A program made the translations under genes and the position numbers. From Hausera hauseri (Eukaryota), in assembly GCA_046269625.1 (NCBI GenBank), contig JBJURY010000012.1, positions 62,001 through 107,996 on the forward strand: a DNA stretch of 45,996 nt, given 5' to 3'. Positions 41,410 through 45,996 of the stretch are shown here, piece after piece. Within the stretch, counting starts at the first letter, position 1, and each line of letters begins with the position of its first letter. The notes beneath the pieces are model-generated. The model was not told the DNA's origin, made no database searches, and saw nothing but the letters and a program-made list of their open reading frames with translations.

Positions 41410-42150
41410 AAAAGTAAGAGTTTGATCCTGGCTCAGATTTAACGCTAGCGGTATGCATAACACATGCAAGTTTAACAATTGTTTAATTGTAGCGTACGGG
41501 TGAGTAATATATTGGAATGTAATTCAAAGATTACAATAACTTTTTGAAAAAAAAGGTAATATGTTTATAAATTCTTTTAAATTAATATAAGAAAAAAGTG
41601 TTAAATATTTTAACACGCTTTGAAAACAGCCGATACTAGATTAGTTAGTTGGTAAGATAATAGCTTACCAAGACAATGATCTATAGTTGTTCTGGAAGGA
41701 AGACCAACCACATTGGGATTGAAAAAAGGCCCAAACTCCTACGGGAGGCAGCAGTGAGGAATATTGGACAATGAGCGAAAGCTTGATCCAGCAATACCGC
41801 GTGTGTGATGAAGGTTTAACTACTGTAAAACACTTTTTTCTAGGAATAAAAAATATTTGATATATAATGAAAACACTAGAAGAATAAGTACCGGCTAATT
41901 ACGTGCCAGCAGCCGCGGTAATACGTAAGGTGCGAGCGTTAATCGGAATTATTGGGCGTAAAGAGTATGTAGGCTGAATATTAAGATATTCATAAAATCC
42001 TTATGCTCAACATAAGGAAGTGAATATTACTAATATTCTAGAATGTAAAGGGGGAGAATAGAATTCTACAAGTAGTAGTGAAATGCACAGATATGTAGAG
42101 GAATACCGAAAGCGAAAGCAATTCTTCAATTTACTATTGACGCTAAAGTA

Positions 42151-42198
<48 letters not shown>

Positions 42199-42285
42199 CT
42201 AAACGATGTTGATTAACTATTGGGTTTCTCAGTGGTGAAGCTAACGCATTAAATCAACCGCCTGGGGAGTACGATCGCAAGATTA

Positions 42286-42325
<40 letters not shown>

Positions 42326-42334
42326 TGATGTGGA

Positions 42335-42365
<31 letters not shown>

Positions 42366-42416
42366 ACTTTTGACAAAATATAAGTGATGTCCGAAAGGAA
42401 TAACGAAAATTATATA

Positions 42417-42470
<54 letters not shown>

Positions 42471-42805
42471 TGCAACGAGCGCAACCCTTTTTTTTATTAT
42501 TCTACATGAGAGAACTATAAAAATACAGCTAATTAAAATTAGAGGAAGGAAAGGATGACGTCAAGTCATCATGGCCCTTATAAGTAGGGCTTCACACGTC
42601 ATACAATGGTTAATACAAAACAAAAAAATGTAAAATTAACCTCAGTACGGATTGTATTCTGAAACTCGAATACATGAAGCAGGAATCGCTAGTAATCGTA
42701 AATCAGAATGTTACGGTGAATACGTTCTCGGGTCTTGTACACACCGCCCGTCACACCATGGAAATATGTTCTATTAGAAATAAATTAAAATAGAATATGT
42801 AACTA

Positions 42806-42851
<46 letters not shown>

Positions 42852-42860
42852 TATTAATAA
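41410..42860 (+). rRNA. rrs: 16S rRNA (ends approximate)
   Basis: AGAGTTTGATCCTGGCTCAG, GTGCCAGCAGCCGCGGTAA, AAGTCGTAACAAGGTA; GGATGATGTGGATTAATTCGATGCAAC is betaproteobacteria-like. Confidence 0.98.
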
Positions 42861-42931
42861 AGGTTTATAGCTTAAAGGTAAAGTATTGCTTTGATAAGGC
42901 AAATTTGTTGGTTCAATTCCAACTAAACCTA
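42861..42931 (+). tRNA. tRNA-Ile(GAT)
   Basis: AGGTTTA/TAAACCT, TTGCT-TTGATAA-GGCAA, GTTCAATTC. Confidence 0.95.
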
Positions 42932-44696
42932 ATAATGTTTATAGAGGATGCCTTGGCATTCAGAGGCGATGAAGGACGTATTAAAAACGAAAATTATGAG
43001 TATTAATTTAGAATCATAAGTATCCGAATTGGGAAACCAGATTTTTCATTGTTTCTACAACAAAGCTAACGTAATGAACTGAAACATCTTAGTAATTACA
43101 GGAAAAGAAATCAAGTGAGATATTTCCCAAGTAGCGGCGAGCGAAACGGAACAAGCCGATATATTTTATTATGAATATTATCATAAACTTTTTGAATATA
43201 GTGCCATAGAAGGTAAAAGCCCTGTTTGTTAAAATATTCATAAAGAACTAGATATATCAAAAATTAAAATAAAACACGAGAAATTTTATTTGAATAAGGA
43301 AGACCATTTCCTAAGGCTAAATACTACTGAATGACCGATAGTGAACTAGTACCGTAAGGGAAAGGTGAAAAGAACTTTATAAAAATGTGAAAAGATCCTG
43401 AAACTGTAAACAAAAAATCAATCAGAGCTTTTTTTAGTAATGATGTACCTTTTGTATAATGGGTCAGCGACTTATATTTAGTAGCAAGCTTAACTATAAA
43501 GGGAGGCGAAGATAATCCAAGTTTTAAATAAACGTCAAGTTTCTAAATATATACCCGAAACCAGACGATCTATCCATGAACAGAATGAAGGTATCTGAGG
43601 TTCGAACTCACTAACGTTGAAAAGTTAGGAGATGATTTATGGATAGGAGTGAAAGGCTAATCAAGTTTGGAGATAGCTGGTTCTCTTCGAAAGCTATTTA
43701 GGTAGCGTATTGTTTTAAAATTACAGGGGTAGAGCACTATATTAATAGTCTATATTATAATAAACTCCGAATACTGTTAATTTATAAAATAATAAACAGA
43801 CTATGGGTGATAACATTCATAGTCGAGAGGGAAACAACCCAGATCATAAGCTAAGGTCCCGAAATAATATCTAAGTGGTAAACGAAGTTTCAAAACAAAT
43901 ACAATTAGAAGGTAGGCTTAGAAGCAGCCATCCTTTAAAGATAGCGTAAAAGCTCACTAATATAGTTTTGATGCGCGGAAAAATAAACGGGGCTAAGATA
44001 TTTACCGAAGCTATGAATAAATTTTATTTTATGGTAGAAGAGCGTTCTGTAAATCGAAGAAGATATTTTGTGAAAAATATTGGAGATATCAGAAGTGAGA
44101 ATGCTGACATTAGTAACGATAAAGAAAGTGAAAAACTTTCTCGCCGTAAATCTAAGGTTTCCTACGCAATGTTAATCAACGTAGGGTTAATCGGTCCCTA
44201 AGATGAGGCTTCAGCGTAGTCGATGGAAATTAGGTTAATATTCCTAAATTTTTTTTAAAAGTGAAGGTATAAAATTTATACTCAGATTAGTAAATAATAA
44301 AATATTTATATATAAGTAAAACTTAGAAGATAAAAAAACTGCTTCAAATAGTTTCATTATATCCAATATATCATATTGTTAATTTGAAATAAATCTAGAA
44401 AATTACCTAAACAAATTTTAAAAAAAGCCGTACTAAAACTGACACAAGTGGATAAGAAGAGTATTCTAAGGCGCTTGAGACAACTTAGGAGAAGGAACTC
44501 GGCAAATTTGTACCGTAACTTAGGGATAAGGTATACCAAATATATAATTTATATTGGTCTAAGAAAAAAGGTAGTTGCGACTGTTTAATAAAAACACAGC
44601 ACTCTGCAAACATGAAAATGGAAGTATAGGGTGTGACGCCTGCCCAGTGCTGAAAAACTAAAATTTATTTGTGAATAGCAAATCTATTAAATCTCA

Positions 44697-44782
<86 letters not shown>

Positions 44783-44848
44783 AACTGCACTGTCTCCTCC
44801 TAAGGCTCAGTGAAATTGAAATGTTCGTGAAGATGCGAACTACTTGCG

Positions 44849-44882
<34 letters not shown>

Positions 44883-45169
44883 ACCATATATTGTGAAGAC
44901 TATTACCACGTGTAGAATATGTGGGAGAATAATTTTTAATTATTCAACAGTGAAATACCACTCTTGATAATACGAAACACTAATTTTATACCTTAGATCA
45001 GGTAAAAAAAAAATATATGAATGACAGTTTGACTGGGGCGGTCTCCTCCTAAAAAGTAACGGAGGCGTTTACAAAGGTTGGCTACTCCGAGATGGAAATT
45101 CGGAGGATAGGGCAAAGCCACAAGCCAGCTTTACTGCAAGACATGCAAGTCGAGCAGTTGCGAAAGCAG
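42932..45169 (+). rRNA. rrl: 23S rRNA, 3'-incomplete; last ~100 nt probably from another bacterium
   Basis: GGATGCCTTGG, GAACTGAAACATCT, GTAACTATAACGGTCCTAAGGTAGCGAAATTCCTTG, GACTGGGGCGG; homology stops in domain V. Confidence 0.95.
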
Positions 45170-45268
45170 AAGTACTCAATCGACACCTCTGAAATAAAGC
45201 CCTACTTCGAACTCTGGAGAGTTCTTGAAAAAGGCGTGTTTTATGCCGCAAATAGGCTTTACGGTTTG
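45152..45268 (+). other. fragment of a bacterial M3 (Dcp-like) metallopeptidase gene, foreign to this genome
   Basis: EQLRKQKYSIDTSEIKPYFELWRVLEKGVFYAANRLYGL matches the recalled Dcp pattern KPYFE..VL..GVFYAA..LYG. Confidence 0.7.
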
Positions 45269-45319
45269 GACACTGCCATGGTGCTCCTCCATGTTCCTCT
45301 CATGACACTAACATGTTAG

Positions 45320-45996
45320 CACCATGATGATAAATCACCAACATCAGATTGCGGTTCGAGAGAAAACGATATTAAATCTCCTCCGGCAGCTCATCAAGCG
45401 AATTTCAATGGTGTTGCAGGTGCAAATGCACTGGGCTCTATCAAACATGGTATTGCGATAAATAACATTTCTCCAATAGTAGCACCAACAAATATCACCC
45501 ATTTAGTTGGTTCATTGCCCGTAACATGGAATACAGGACAAGCAATCACGGCCTTGTTGTCGTCAAATGCCGGAAACAATCCTTTGACGATTCTAACTCG
45601 AAAGGATCTTTCTTCAAATTCCCAGGGTATTACCAATTCTGTTCAAAACCAATCGACAATCAATAACAATAACATCCTGACACTTTCCCCACAATTGAAT
45701 CATCTCATTGCTGCTCCGTCACTTGCCGGTTGTCTTTCTACTGTCGTAACCTCTTTGCCGACCTCCGGGTCGAATCAGATCTCAAATGGCGATGTGCCGT
45801 CCAATCAGATGGTTGCGTTGAGTAACATCATATCCACTCTCAACAACGCTCTTGTTGCCAGCCAACAGCAAAATCAACCACAACCACAGCCACAACAACA
45901 ACAGCAGCAACAGCAACAACAACAACATCAACAGTCGTCTCAGCAGGTTGGCCAGAAACAAAGTTCACAAGTCACAAATATCAATGCGATTTTGAT
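45320..45996 (+). other. eukaryotic (fungal-like) exon encoding a low-complexity S/N/Q-rich protein, open to window end
   Basis: Stop-free frame from 45320, preceded by CTAAC (45308-45312) and TAG acceptor; GC far above host. Confidence 0.65.
45863..45934 (+). repeat. CAA/CAG polyglutamine tract
   Basis: QQQNQPQPQPQQQQQQQQQQQHQQ. Confidence 0.9.

Noticed and set aside
41332-41478. N-terminal extension of rplC in the ORF track (similarly def, aroK, rplK, rplB, rpsN)
   Set aside because: Runs through promoters, RNA genes or neighbouring genes; homology starts at downstream ATGs
43968-45636. ORFs within 23S rRNA and the tail (43968, 44357, 44694, 45069, 45092, 45394)
   Set aside because: They lie in rRNA or cross chimeric junctions; only the Dcp-like middle of 45092 looks coding

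Overview
Bases 1 to about 45,060 are a very AT-rich, almost gap-free segment of an extremely reduced betaproteobacterial insect-endosymbiont genome. The 16S signature, gene set and standard Trp codon usage best fit 'Ca. Vidania'-like planthopper symbionts (inferred, not searched). It carries amino-acid biosynthesis genes (metE, lysC, dapA, dapF, lysA, aroB, aroK, prs), translation and transcription genes (ileS, tyrS, prfA, fusA, tuf, infA, def, rpoA/B/C, about 30 r-proteins), ten tRNAs and a compact 16S-tRNA(Ile)-23S operon. The last ~930 bp look like an assembly chimera: foreign 23S, then a Dcp peptidase fragment, then a eukaryotic polyQ exon. Main findings: (1) a 144-nt group I intron in tRNA-Leu(UAA) that keeps the catalytic core but lacks P8 and P9. 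(2) Possible dual meaning of UGA: an unannotated thioredoxin-like gene has an in-frame TGA at a conserved Trp position, tRNA-Trp(CCA) has a 4-bp anticodon stem, and TGA still ends 15 genes. (3) tRNA-Thr(AGU) alongside a degenerate tRNA-Thr(CGU). (4) Three divergent gene pairs share a CATG start palindrome. (5) A mirror-image promoter pair drives a leaderless, tRNA-punctuated rRNA operon with no anti-SD.
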